Assembly: GCA_951406725.2 (NCBI GenBank)
Contig: OX597816.1
Location: forward strand, 138,942,001-139,006,000
Source: Octopus vulgaris
Lineage: Eukaryota
DNA length: 64,000 nt
Reading direction: 5' to 3'
Of this stretch, positions 27,902-41,675 are shown one piece after another; position 1 is the first letter of the stretch, and every line of letters begins with the position of its first letter. A program made the position numbers and the translations under genes. The notes under the pieces are model-generated. The model had not been told where the DNA came from. It did no database searches and saw only the letters and a program-made list of their open reading frames with translations.

Positions 27902-28761
27902 ATATAAAATATATGTGTGGGTGTGTATGTTATGTATGTATATTGGTGCATGAGTGCGGACATGTATGTGTATGTGTGTATGCACACGCACATGTACATT
28001 CAATAAGTTGGGGGGAAAAAAGAGTCAAACAAAGAAGCAGAGTTGGTCTCTCTTTCTCCTCGTTTTTACATTTGTTTAGTCTTCACCCTTGTTGAACTGA
28101 TGAGGCCATTAACCACGCCTAGCCGACGTGATAAATCTATCAGTCGGCCCTTTCATCTTTAACACACTTCTGAGCTTCTGAGGCATACCAACTACGCACG
28201 CACGCACAGACACAGACACAGGCACACACACACAAGCACTCACGCCTACATATATAGATACAAACACAGATTACGCATACAGACGTGCTAAGAAGATCTT
28301 TCAATGTCCATACCTTCATTCTGTTTTCTTTACTACCATTCTCCAGATACCACTTTCTTTCTCCTTCCATCACCACCAGCTTCATCATCATCTTCATCAT
28401 CATCGTCATCGCCGTCATCATCATCGTCGTCGTGATCATAATCATCATTGTCGTCGTCTTCATCATCTTCATCATCATAATCATCGTCGTCGCCATCATC
28501 GCCATCATCGCCATTATCGTCATCGTTATCGTCTTTATTTCGACGCGCCCTTCGTCTGATTTCTTTATGTTTTTTCTCTTGTTGCTGCTGCTACTGTTGT
28601 TCTTTTTGTTGTTGCTCTTGTTGTTACTGTATATTTATCACAACCTATGGCCACATGCACAAGCATGTGTGGGTTTGTCTGTCTGTTTGTCTGTTAAGCC
28701 GCCAGTCTTCCCCTGCCTCTTTCTCTGGCTTTTTCATATACACGTGCCTATACATACATAA

Positions 28762-28810
<49 letters not shown>

Positions 28811-28852
28811 CATACATGTGTATATATATATATGTATGTATGTATATATGTA

Positions 28853-28884
<32 letters not shown>

Positions 28885-28933
28885 CATATAATCTTTATGT
28901 GTATGTTTGTATATATGGATGCATTTATGTAAA

Positions 28934-29001
<68 letters not shown>

Positions 29002-29545
29002 GAGAGAAGAGAGAAAAATAAAGATGGATAACGGGCATGTCTGAAATAACGAAACATAGATACGCCACATCCAAATCGTATAGCGAAAGAAAAACCTACT
29101 TGTGAAAATAGGGACCACAAAACATACTCGACAAGAGCTTTTATTTTTGCTTGTAGTCATTTCACATGAACTGGTTTTCTCATGATTTTAAGAAGAATAT
29201 GAAGGTTGCAAAATATTTCACCATCAATAAATCATTACATGCAACAGAAATCTTTCGCGTTACAGGAGTAATGCGTTCCTGAAAAAGTTTGTCGTAACGT
29301 GAAATTAATTTCCCCATTGAGTTTTTTCATATTATGAAGTGACAATGTGCGTTGCCACAGATTTTTGGAAAAAGCAGAAAAAGAAACGTGAAATAACTTG
29401 TGTGTGTGTGTCTATGTTTCTTTTCCTCCCATTGTGTATGTTTGTAGCGTTAATTTACTCGTAGCCTGCGTCCAAGCCTAGTATGTGCACACATCTTGCG
29501 CTTCTCATGTTAACCCTGTATCTCTCTTTTGCTCTGTGTGTGTGT

Positions 29546-29633
<88 letters not shown>

Positions 29634-29959
29634 ATTGTATGTATGCATATCATCTTTTATCTTTTACATTTATTGCTTGCTGGACTCTATCATGACAGTG
29701 AGTGAGGGAGAAACAGAGAGAAAGAAAGAAAGAAAGAAAGAGAGAGGAAGGGAGAATCTATGTACTTCAGGAGAGAGAATCGCTTCTCTTTTTAAGTTTT
29801 TAAGTTGGAAAGTTGTTTTCTTTTGTCGGAAGGAAAAAGAGAAGAGCATGTGTACATACATCATACATGCATACAGACAGAAAAGATTTAAATGAAATAT
29901 GTTAAGGAATAAATACGATACGTTCTTATCACAAAGGATAATATGCTGGGTGACTCTAT

Positions 29960-30880
29960 CTTCTGCCTTTTTTTTTCATCATCTTCATCTACTTGAGGAG
30001 CGAAGAACTTATCCAAACTCTTTAGAGTTTTTGACACATCATCTCGTTGTACAGCACTGTGTAGGTCCTGAGCTCATTGAAATCGCCTCGTAATGTTTAT
30101 GCAACACTCACTATTAGAATTGTTATCATCAAGAACTTCTCGATCTTCTTCTATAAGTGGCCATCTTCAAGCAATATTCTTTGAAGTCTATTTCAGTGGT
30201 GTTGGTAGAACTCTCATTTGTATCCTCAGCTTGGTCGTCTTCTCACAACGTCATCCCCACGTTAGATAAACTCTCTTTGTGGGATAGTATCAACTCATCC
30301 ACATCATCTGTGACTTCTTCTAACCCTACATCATTTGCAAATGTCACAGTATCTTTCCGAATTACTCGTAGACTTTCTACTTCGGAAATTTCGTAAAATT
30401 ACGGCTACAGTCTGGTTACATATTTCCCCAAGCTTCAGTCAAACTTGATGGCTTTACTTAATCTCATGACTCAACAATATTTTCCACATCATCCAATACG
30501 TTGAGCGTCTTTCAAAAGTCTCTAGCTGTATGATTATCTTCCCTAACAAATGCTTTCATAAGTTTGAAAGTTCTCAGAAGTTAAATATCACACCGCGATT
30601 CATTGGCTGAAGCAAAGAACTTGTATTTTGGGGTAGATATTGTGCTATCACATTATAAGAAAGCTCATTTAAGTTCACCGAGTAGCTTGGTGAATTGTCT
30701 TAAGGGAGCAATGCTTTACTGGAAATGCTATGTCTGGCATGTTAAAAATGTCAAAAAGGCTCCTAGTCATCCATGCATCATTCGAACGCCAAATCATGTT
30801 AGAAATACAAGTTAGTTACGTGCGATTCTTCCGTCACTATTGTCCACGAAAAGAACCAGTTATACATGTAAATATATATT
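29960..30880 (-). mobile_element. pogo/Tigger-like DDE_1 transposase pseudogene
   Basis: Minus translation SNDAWMTRSLF; YLPQNTSSLLQPMNRGVI (cf. FLPPNTTSLLQPMDQGVI); F*KTLNVLDDVENIVES*..EAWGNM*P; FANDVGLEEVTDDVDELI. Confidence 0.85.
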
Positions 30881-31398
30881 GGGAACGACGCAATCTCTAC
30901 TAGTCGATATTAAATATCTAATTAAAATTACTCCAGTTGTTATCTGTTCCGTACATTTATCTTCCTCACTGAAGAAGCCTAAACTCCCTGTACACGTCCA
31001 TACTTCAAAATGTTAGTCATTAACAACACTTAATACGCTGAGAGAATTTCTAAGTACATACTTCTCTTTTTACCATTTCAAGTCAATTTCGTTCTTTCGT
31101 TTATTTTGTATTACATTTCCATTCATCTCTAACGAAACATACAATAAACCGAATCACAATGCTATAATGATATTCTCCGGATGTTTAAATGTAATTGCCC
31201 AAGCGTGTGCGCACACACACAAACACATACACGCAGTCACACATCTACACACACAAACATATACACAAATGCAAGGGTGTATATGTGCCTATCGTTTTTA
31301 CCTATTTTTGGTGGGGGCTTGAGAACAAATGTCAACTAAATATGTTGTAATAGGCACAAGGCCTGAAATTTCGTTGGAATTGGTTAGTCGATTATATT

Positions 31399-31738
31399 AA
31401 GTCGTGGCCAAAAGTTTGGAACATAGGTCTGAAAATTAGAATTTTTATATTAAACGCTCAAAAGTCATATTCAATTTGCAATGTATTAATCTCTTGACCA
31501 AAAGTTTGAAACATAGGTCTGAAAATTAGAATTTTTATATTAAACGCTCAAAAGTCATATTCAATTTGCAATGTATTAATCTCTTGACCAAAAGTTTGGA
31601 ACATAGGTCTGAAAATTAAAGATTTGTTATATTAAATGCCCAAATATATACGTTGGATGTATTTGAATCGAATCGTACTTGAGTATAACAATTAAAAAAA
31701 TTTTTTTTTTAAATGTACCTAACTTTTGGCTACGACAG
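31399..31738. mobile_element. Tc1-type MITE with internal 90-bp tandem repeat, inserted in SINE A
   Basis: gtcgtggccaaaagtt left and aacttttggctacgacag-ta right; repeat units start at 31408, 31498 and 31588. Confidence 0.8.
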
Positions 31739-32009
31739 TAGATCCAATTTGTCTGCTGGGACTTATTTTATTGGCGCCGAAATCATGAAAAGCAGAGTCG
31801 TACTCGGCGGAATTAAAACTTAGAACGTAAAGCCGGAAGAAATGCTAGTAAGCATTTTGTCCGGTATGATAATGTTTCAGCCAGCTCTCCGCCTTCATTG
31901 TAAGCTAAATATACTAATTGGTATGAATCAAATATATCCCACTCCTATAAAACTGCGGTCGGGGACTTGCTAGCAATATAAGAAATTTCATTTAATTTTC
32001 TCTACTATT

Positions 32010-32089
<80 letters not shown>

Positions 32090-33487
32090 CACATTAAAAT
32101 TTGTTTTTTACAGTTGTATATTTATACTTAATTAGCCTCTTAATATTCAATACATTAATATGCCAACACAAACTTACATATCCTACCACGTGGTAAATGA
32201 TGATGTTCACCTAGTGGTTAATATCATGTATAAAAGGAATTTATCGAGAAATAGTATGTGGTATAATGGAGCGCCGTCGTATTTGACGACGATTTTCAAG
32301 ATACTCTCGATAAAATGAGGTACCCATAGGTTGTTTTAGCGTGTATGTGTATTGTGTCTGAGCATTCAACATACATTTGTATTTTTAACGTGACCCTAAA
32401 TCAAAATCAAGGGGACACAGTCTGACCATAATAGTTAATTGAATTACCGGTGCAAACAATCCGGCGAGCTTTTACACAATTTCCATCTAATCCAATTTCT
32501 CTTCCAAGTGTTGTTTTAGCTCCAAGTTATAGTAAAGGACAAATGCTCAAGATGTCACGTAGTGAGAAGGAACTCGAAACCTCGTAATTGTGAAGTGGAC
32601 TTCTAAAGCATTCGGCAAAGCAGTAGCTTTATTGTGTATACACCCGACGTCCCCTCTTCTTCATGAATGCAAGCAGAGTCTATATACCCCATAATAAAAT
32701 AGTAAACACCGACGACTGGTGGATTCTGATCTAAGTTCGAGCATTCATATATTGATATGATTCATTCAATTAACTACTTTTAATGTTTTTCTATCGAAAA
32801 TTTCAAAGAAATATCAGCAATAGATTTGAATCCCTGGGCCATAAATAGGGAGCTCAATAATGTAATTACCCAAATATCCCCTAACAATATACAAATGGAT
32901 ATTCCAAAGAAACACAATGAACTCTGTGATTCTACAAGTCTACACGTCGCGTTTTTACTGAGATAAGAATTTATACTATATAAATATACTAACATGCTTT
33001 TAGAGAAAAAACTTGTCCTTTAAGTGTCAGCGAAATCCCAGAACGGACCATATTAGTAGAACATGCTTTTGACTCCCACTTATAAACGAGTTAGTTAATT
33101 TATTTTGCATGTGGCATGTTCCCTTCGACAAATAGCTAATTTCCCTGTATCCTATGTAAGAAAATCTTGTAGTTTGTAATATTTGAATTGCTTGTTAAAC
33201 CTACGATTCTATACAATTCGTGCTGAGAGATAGTGCACTGATTGCCAAACCGTGTGTTATGACAAAGACAGATGTTTAAGACAACGCCAAATCAGCAGCT
33301 GTCCAAACAAAAGGTTGCTGTTTCGAATCATGTGGTAATTCCCGTCGATTCAGTGCTTTCGAAGCCTCTTTTAAGATATGCACTCATACACCTTTACAAA
33401 TACACACCGTATTTATATATGCCCATCTATATATACCTATATAGATGTCCTATATGTGAATACGCGCACAAATACATATATACATGA

Positions 33488-33544
<57 letters not shown>

Positions 33545-35270
33545 CACAACCATATATGTGCATATTTGTTAGCATGTGATACATGTGTATATACACATAT
33601 GTAATACACCCTCGTACAGACATTTACAAAATATACGCCAGTCAGTTAGTGAGTTCATCCCGCACATGTTTGTAGCGGTTACCTTACATAATTCTCGATC
33701 AGTTGCGCGTTTTGTTTTCCTATTGTTTTACTGTTTTGGAGCTTTGTAATTTGGATGTCTTCCCTTGTCTTCACTTTCTTTCTTCTTTTTAAATTTTTCA
33801 GCTAGCGTTTCATGTGAACACTGTTTTTGAATGGCGGTGATTTTCTTCTCGTGGCCTGGCGCAGATCAAAGGCTATAAAAACAGCTTTCTTTGACCAATA
33901 TGTACAAAAATTGTAATTTCTTATTTGAAGGCAACTTCAGATAACATCCGAACAGACCGAACAATATGTATTTACATAACTGTCCCTTGCCAGCAACAAA
34001 AATCAGACTATCTTTCCTTAAACCTGTGAATTAACTCGACAAATTTATTAATCCTTTCTTCAATTATCTTCACTTCTGCAATTTATTCTCCATTGCTTCA
34101 AATGGAGAATAAATTCAAGGCGATAAAAGTGCAAACATGTAAAACTAAGTGAATAAAATAACATTGCAAAATTCCGGTTTCTTTGTTACCCCTCGGGTAT
34201 CCCTTCGTATATCATTATGTATTTCTCAATGCGTATAAATACTTTTGAGCAAGTTCAATAATACTTATAAGTATGTTCTAATAAAGAAATGATTATTATC
34301 ATTATCATCACAACTAACATACTCAGCTTGTTGCTGGAGGTGTCATAAATATACCAGCTGTACACTTCTCGTGAAATAAGGTGGTACTTTCCTTTCAAGT
34401 CTCGAGAAGTTTTCGGAGACTGCTTCCACTGCCAAGCAATGTTTGTTAGATATATGCTCTATTTCCATTTTTAATCCTGTCTTTTCCAACCAATATTTGT
34501 TTATTGGCACAACAGCAGCAGCAGCAGCAGCAGTAGCAGGATGAGGAGGTAAGTTAGTAAGTAAGTTATCTTAAAACTGAAATTAGACCAAACATGACAT
34601 GAAATTCTTATTTTCTGTACCCAGATTTCAATTTCTTTTTACTGAAAATAATGCGAATCAACTTCTCACCGTTGTTACATCGTTGTCTAAGTTTCACTCA
34701 GAATATTTCCAAATATGTTGTCTTTTCTTTCCTTTTTATAAGCTACCTCATTTTAAATGTCTTAATCTTTTTCAAGTTGATGCTAATGCGTTTGTTTGGC
34801 GAAAGTTTATTTGAATTACACTGAAGACTTTTTTTCTCATCAAACACTGTGACTATACCATCTGGTAAAACTTTAAACAATCTAAACAGGGACCAGCGAG
34901 TTGGAAAAGAAAAACAGAGTCATGATAAAAGAATAAAGGGCTACATGTCTTATCAACGATAAAAAAGAGTCAACTCCTTCTTTAATAGTTAAAATCCGAT
35001 CGGATGATAATGTTGTCTGTGATGTTCCAACATTACTCGTGAGAAATACTTAAAGCAGAAATAGATCGGCACCAAAAAACTAAGTAGCGCTTTCTCGTTC
35101 TTAATCCTTTATTATTATTTTTTCGTCTCTTTCCTACGCGTCTTGCTTGTAATCAGAAAGAACAGACAGTATTTCATTTAGTGGTGCTTTGAAGATGTGG
35201 GTGAAGCAATATATCAAAGCAGCAGAATAATTTATGTGGCGTGAGAAGAAAGAGGGCAAAAGAAAGAGAG

Positions 35271-35320
<50 letters not shown>

Positions 35321-35563
35321 AGAGACACAGAAAGAAATTGAGAATGAGACTTCAAGAGGGTTAACTGATGCAATGGTAGTGATCAAAAATAAACATGAAG
35401 AGGCTAAGCCGGAAGCTGTATGAAGCATTTGACGTATGAACGAGAATCAATATCAATGAAATTGAAACATGGGGTAGGACCAAACGTAAAATCTATACGT
35501 ACCGTACGTAGAAAACTTCATCAAATTAAGAGTAAGGGAACCAGAAATACTGAAATAACTTAG

Positions 35564-36063
35564 CACTTCGTGGGCCGGCGGGGTCCTTTAGGACCCCAGC
35601 AAGTTTTAAAAGTTAGGCAACTTTTACATTTTTTAATTTACATGATTTTTATATCACATGACTTTTATTGTCAATAGCTTATGTATGCACATAAACATTT
35701 TGAGTTAAAAACATTCAGTGGCAGATATAATATAATTAATTTGAACACTACAAGTTAGTCATTGGCCTTCTGTGAAATTATTTTTATCTGTTCTTTTTTC
35801 AGATATTCTGATGAACTATAAGTCAATTTTCTTCGTATTTGTACTGGAATGAATTAATTTAGTTTTACATTATATTTAGTACTATATGTATAGTTTATAA
35901 AACTATAAAAAAAAAGTGCTACAATCCTTGTTCTCTATCATGCAGTCACACATATATAGAGGATTAAACAAATATTACTTTATGGATTGTGCGGAAATGC
36001 GCAAAAATAAAAGGGGACCCCAATGGCCTTTTGTGTAATTCCAACCCAACGGTCCACAAAGGG
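35564..36063. mobile_element. Possible piggyBac-type MITE (degenerate)
   Basis: ttag-cacttcgtgggccg left and cggtccacaaaggg-tgaa right: imperfect TIRs with TTAA-like flanks. Confidence 0.45.
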
Positions 36064-36804
36064 TGAAAAGAGGAAAATTTATTGTTAGCTTTTAGAGGCT
36101 AGCACAAAATGAGTGACAGAGAGGAAAATTCAGTGATATGGTACAAGAAATCCCTAAATTTCTTAATTACTGTAACCATATGCTGTTAATCAATAATTAG
36201 AAGATCAAATAGATTCTATTCCTTAGTAACCGATTTTGTACAGATAGCGTAGGTGTTGCATGAAATGTATTTTGAATGGCAGATATAATATAATTAATTT
36301 GAACACTACAAGTTAGTCATGGACAACTTTAGTAAACTCCACTCCTTTACAATCCTTCACACCTGACATCTGGTTCCTTACATGCATATATTTATCGGGC
36401 TTACATTGATCTCCAGGCTTCCAGGCTTCCAGACTTCCAAAATCATTTTCTTCTGAGCGGACTGGGAAGGTTTGCAAAATTAAAGATCAAAATGACAAGT
36501 TAGTCGTTATAAACTAGTCAGAAGGGCTAATACACTTCTGACTTGTAAAGAAACAAGATACAGTAATAAACTATAGCCTTGTTTGTTACTACTCTCAGCT
36601 GATGCAGAAAAATTAAATGTATTCCATATTAAAGAAATACGTCAGTAAAGGTCAGTGCCGCATAAAATAGGAAAGAATATTACGCTAATACATGCGCCTA
36701 ATGCCGATATATTACATGTTCAGCACAACATAGAATATTCTCAATAAAATACGATCTAATGATAAGATACTCGATTATATAGAACGGGATTCAGAAACAC
36801 TTAC

Positions 36805-37155
36805 CTTCTGCTGCTTTTCAGGGATCTCTATCAGGTCGGGGATTTTGTCTCGTGCCCCAGGTTTCACCTGAATCAAAATTTCCAACCCCATCCCGACAGT
36901 TTTTCTTTTGGAGTCTTTATTTTTGTCAAAATGCTCGGGTATTCCAAAGCCACACATTTCACCACCCACTACATGTATAGTTTTGGTGATACATTAGATC
37001 TATACAGAGGTCCTTCTCCCTCACATCAGTATTATTATGAAATCTTCAGTTTTGGGGGGACTATGGGGTGCTTCACAGCCAAGGTTTGTACTTGTGAGCA
37101 TGTCCCACATAACTGATGATTTAACGTATCTTCCTTAAGCAGAGTTCAGTTTGGT
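36805..37155 (-). other. Candidate exon (unknown gene or transposon)
   Basis: ctctctcag acceptor, AAG/GTAAGT donor; ATG at 36957 opens 51 codons to the donor. No recognisable homology. Confidence 0.3.
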
Positions 37156-37291
37156 CTGAGAGAGTACACTCTAATTTGTGTCTTTTCGTCGATATACAAA
37201 AATATAAAATTGCTTTCCTTTCTGTTTGGTATAAAAAGTGTTGCGATTAGGTATATTTCCCCGCTTCTTTTAAATATACATGATTATTAGT

Positions 37292-37580
37292 GAAGGCGCG
37301 TGACTTAGTGGTTAGAGTAATCGGCTTACATTCGTAAAGTTTAAGAGTTCGATCCCCAGCGGCGCGTTGTGTTCTAGAGCAAGATGCTTTATTTCGCGTT
37401 GGTCCAGTCCAATCAGCTGGCAAAAAATGAATGTCACGCTGAATCTCCTTGAGAACTACTTTAAGGGTACGGGTGTCTGTGGAGTACTCAGCCACTTGCA
37501 CGTTAATTTGACGAGGAGGCTGTTCCGATGGTCTACTCAGCTGGGATCCTCGTCGTAGTTAGCGACAAAGCGAAACATGA
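37292..37580 (+). mobile_element. SINE family C
   Basis: gaaggcgcgtgacttagtgg A box, gagttcgatccc B box; related pieces at 37770-37952(-) and 39290-39530(-). Confidence 0.8.
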
Positions 37581-38017
37581 TTTTTGTTTAAAAGGACGAA
37601 ATTGATTTTGGCAAAAGAAATACCTTTTACTGAGTTTTCACTGCTATCTCCTCTTGTGAGTATAACCGTTGTCACTACCATTATTGCTTCTTATTGAGGT
37701 GATGGCGGTGGCAATGCACGATCTGCTGCTACTTCTGATTTTAAAAAATCTTATTTGACTGACATAACATTGGAAGAAAGAGTGAGAGAAAGTTGTGGTG
37801 AAAGAGTACAGCGGGGTTCCCCACCCCGCCGGATCCTCGTGGAGCTTAAGTGTTTTTGTTCAATAAACACTCACAATGCCCGGTCTGGGAATCGAAACCG
37901 CGTTCTTACGACGCGAGTCCGCTGCCCTAACCACTGGGCCATTGTGCCTCCACTGCTGCTGCTGCTGCTATATGGTCGTTGTTGTTGTTACTGCTACAGA
38001 TACTGATGATACGATTA

Positions 38018-38414
38018 TCTTTATATATAAAAGTAAGGTTGTGTGTCTGTCTCCTACGATTTAAATTCCTAACTACTCCCACATTTTGCGGTGCAGTGTA
38101 ACCAAAAGTGGGTATCTTATAGTCGTGATTCATATAGAGCCCTTCTGGGTATTAGCGCCCGTCTACGTTGAGTCTACGATTTTAAAAATAATTTACCATC
38201 ATTTTTTTTCATTTTAATGCATTTTTTCGCTATTATATAAGGAAAGTAACTCTCTAAAAATGTCTACGATGAGTCAACAATTTAAAAAAAATTTACCAAC
38301 ATATTTTTTCCATTTTTAATGCATTCTTTTGCTATAGTTTGGCTATAACTCTCTAAAAATGCTTATATAGTTATTTCCCTTACAAACCCGAGCAACGCCG
38401 GGCGATAATGCTAG
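38018..38414 (+). mobile_element. Non-autonomous Helitron
   Basis: A|TC 5' start, subterminal hairpin cccg-agcaacgc-cggg (38387-38402), CTAG|T 3' end; internal ~110-bp imperfect duplication. Confidence 0.85.
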
Positions 38415-39692
38415 TTAAATATAATTACGTTTGTAGTATTATGTAGTCGGAGATGACTGTAAAACACAGTTTCACCTTCAAAACTTTCTCCCATTTCCCC
38501 TCATTCTAATAGGATGATAAAGATACGACATTTGAAATTTCTGTGTTTCGAAAAATGTTCTTCCAAATTTTTTTTGTCCCTTAGGGCGAGACCAAAAAAA
38601 AAATTGCTGCTGATCAGTCCCTAACAGTGCCAATAATTAAAGAAAAACATTGCACAACATAAACCACAAAAACGGAATTCTAAAAAGGAAGTCTAAGGCA
38701 CAAAGTCAAGGAGTTTCCAAAATACTTTTAGGTTTGGCGATGAATAGCAGCAGCAACAACTACAATAACGGTAATAATAATCCTGTCTGAAAGGTCTGAA
38801 ACTTTTGGGGAGATGACCAGTCGATTACATCGACCCCGGTGTTTCACTGATACTTAATAAATCGAACCGAAAGGATGAAAAGAAAAGTCAACCTCGGCGG
38901 AATTTGAGCTCAGAGTGTATTGATAGGCGAAATACCTATTTCTTTACTTGACCTCCGCAGAATTTGGACTCAGAACGTAGAGGCAGACGAAATACTGCTA
39001 AGCATTTCGTCCGGCGTGCTAACGTTTCTTATTTCTTTATTGCCCACAAAGGGCTAAACATAGAGAGGGGACAAACAAGGACAGACAAAGGGATTAAGTC
39101 GATTACATCGACTCCAGTGAGTAACTGGTACTTAATTTATCGACCCCGAAAGGATGAAAGGCAAAGTCGACCTCGGCGGAATTTGAACTCAGAACTTTAA
39201 GACAGACGAAATCCCACTAAGCATTTCACCCGGCGTGCTAACGTTTCTGCCAGCTCGCCGCCTTAATAATGATAATAATAATAATGGACCCTTCCGTCGA
39301 AGACAACGTATGAGTTTTCAGCTTTTGCCAAACGACCTGCAAGAATGGTTTGTTTACATTGATTTGGTATAGCTCACTCTCTCCATAGAATCGGCGTTGC
39401 CTAGACAGGTGACAGGTGCACAGTGTACCAGGCATTAGGTGTTGAAGTGATCGCAGGGCACCGAGAGACGAAGTGTTTTGCCCAAGAACACAACGCTCTA
39501 CTTGGTTTAGGAATTGAAACAATAATTCTTTCTATTATAGGCACAAGGCCTACAATTTGGGGGAGGGGAACAATCGATTACATTGAACCCGGTACTTAGG
39601 TGACACTTACTTTATCGATCCTGAAATGATGAAAGGCAAAGCCGGCCTCGTAATTAAGACAAGTAATTCGCCCGGCGTGCCAACTCGCTGCC

Positions 39693-39838
<146 letters not shown>

Positions 39839-40085
39839 CTATTCAGGAGAAATGTATCCTGGACAGAAGCGGTGACAACCAGCTTCAATTACTTTGGGAA
39901 ATATTTTCAACTGTCGTCAGGACTATAGCTGTTGTTATTTGTTATTTGGTATTGTAATTTGTTATTGTAAACTGTGTCAAACACGGGGGTATACCACGAA
40001 GGAACGTGAAAATAAGATGACAACGTTGGACAGCTGCTGGTCGCATGTAAAGTCTGGCAAGCATATGTGAACCTTACACACACAC

Positions 40086-40165
<80 letters not shown>

Positions 40166-40223
40166 CAAGAAGTTAAAAATATACTGGTATTCATTTAGAT
40201 TTTTTATTTAAAAGTTTCTAAAG

Positions 40224-40262
40224 ACTTAACCGGTTTCAAAGATTTTCTTCATTTTCAAAAGT
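40224..40262 (-). ncRNA. Minimal hammerhead-like motif, U3-A8 core variant
   Basis: Minus: actt-TTGAAAA-t-gaaga(aaa)tcttt-GAAA-ccgg-TT-aagt. Confidence 0.6.
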
Positions 40263-40559
40263 TGAGATAGAAAGACGTGGTACTATGCTGGAACTGTCTT
40301 CTTTCTGCGTTTTCAACTTTTTTCTATATTTCTGCCGAGTAAGTATGTATGTATGTATGTATGTATGTATGTATTCATGTATGTATGTATGTATGTATGT
40401 ATGTATGTATGTATGTATGTATGTATGTATGTATGTATGTATGTATGTATGTATTTGTGGCTGTATGTATGTGTATGAATGGGGGTATTATCCTATTTAC
40501 AGATTTGGTCTGGAGTAAGAAACTTTGCCATCGAAATGTCACCGACACCCTTGAGATCA

Positions 40560-40960
40560 ATGCCACTAAATTTCTGCTAGAACTGTCGTAGGTCTATGGC
40601 TGGAAAAAAAAACCGGAAGAAGAACAGATTCCAGAGATGTGCAAGTTTGGAATGGATGAAATAATGAATAACTGAAGAAAGAGGGACGAACATGTTGGTA
40701 GTTCCTCACTGAAGGTGAGATGAGCTTAGCTAGCTCTGAGGAGCAGAGGCTAATCTAGAAGTAACAGGAAAGCAGAGGCTGCAGTATATTTTTGAACGAC
40801 TTCATCTTCATCCTTTTTTAGATAAAAGCACCGTCTCAGATATGGAAACAGTATTGTAGTATGGGCGTCCCTTAGCCTTGTAGAAGGCTACAAGTTATTG
40901 ATGGCTGAAATATTTTGTAACTCTCAAGGGAAAGGTTAATCCTTGATATATCGTGAATGT
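40560..40960 (-). mobile_element. CR1/Jockey-like LINE ORF2 C-terminal remnant
   Basis: KYFSHQ*LVAFYKAKGRPILQYCFHI*DGA resembles LYKAQVRPxLEYCSHIWxGA. Confidence 0.6.
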
Positions 40961-40987
40961 GATATGTCAATCATGCCTATTATTCGA

Positions 40988-41068
40988 GGCTCTGATGAAG
41001 CTATAAGATATTACTGAGACACTCAAGTATGAGTCCATTGCACATTATAGCAGAAACAGCCGTGGGCT
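40988..41068 (+). ncRNA. Degenerate type I hammerhead motif
   Basis: ggct-CTGATGA-a-gctataa..ttatagc-a-GAAA-cagccg-TG-ggct; perfect 7-bp stem II, but the cleavage triplet is GUG. Confidence 0.65.
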
Positions 41069-41522
41069 AATGAAGGTTATTCGTGCTTCATTTTCTTATA
41101 ATGTATTTATATATATTTATACCTTTACATTTGTATGTGCATATTTTTTGTGATTGCTAATCATCCTCTCATGGGCTGAGGTGGTGACGAAGGATGGGCA
41201 TAAACAATATTCAATGAATTGTTGTCTATATAAACCATACCATCAACTCCCCCCCCCCAATTGATAGTAAGAGTTATCGTTCCCTTCACAATGTAGATGT
41301 TGGCACATGTGAATGGGTATGGTAATATAGATATAGAAGTGTTCCAACTACTTGTGTATACTGCAGCGGTTCATAGATTTGAGCGCCGATGAAACTGTGA
41401 GCTGCAGAATATAAAATATAGTCATACATACACATACGACTGTATGTGCGCGCATGCGTATGTGCATACACACACACATACACATACATACATATATACA
41501 TACATATATACATACATACGTA

Positions 41523-41675
<153 letters not shown>

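Noticed and set aside
28097-28135. CTGATGA-ggc..gcc followed by GACG
   Set aside because: GAAA box and stem I are missing.
28140-28761. Hydrophobic or Met-rich ORFs resembling membrane proteins
   Set aside because: Degenerate (ATC)n/(TTG)n repeats.
31408-31645. CRISPR-like periodic repeat
   Set aside because: Whole units are near identical with no unique spacers; eukaryotic MITE context.
34510-34560. (CAG)n followed by GAG/GTAAGT donor on plus
   Set aside because: No upstream acceptor with an open frame could be established.
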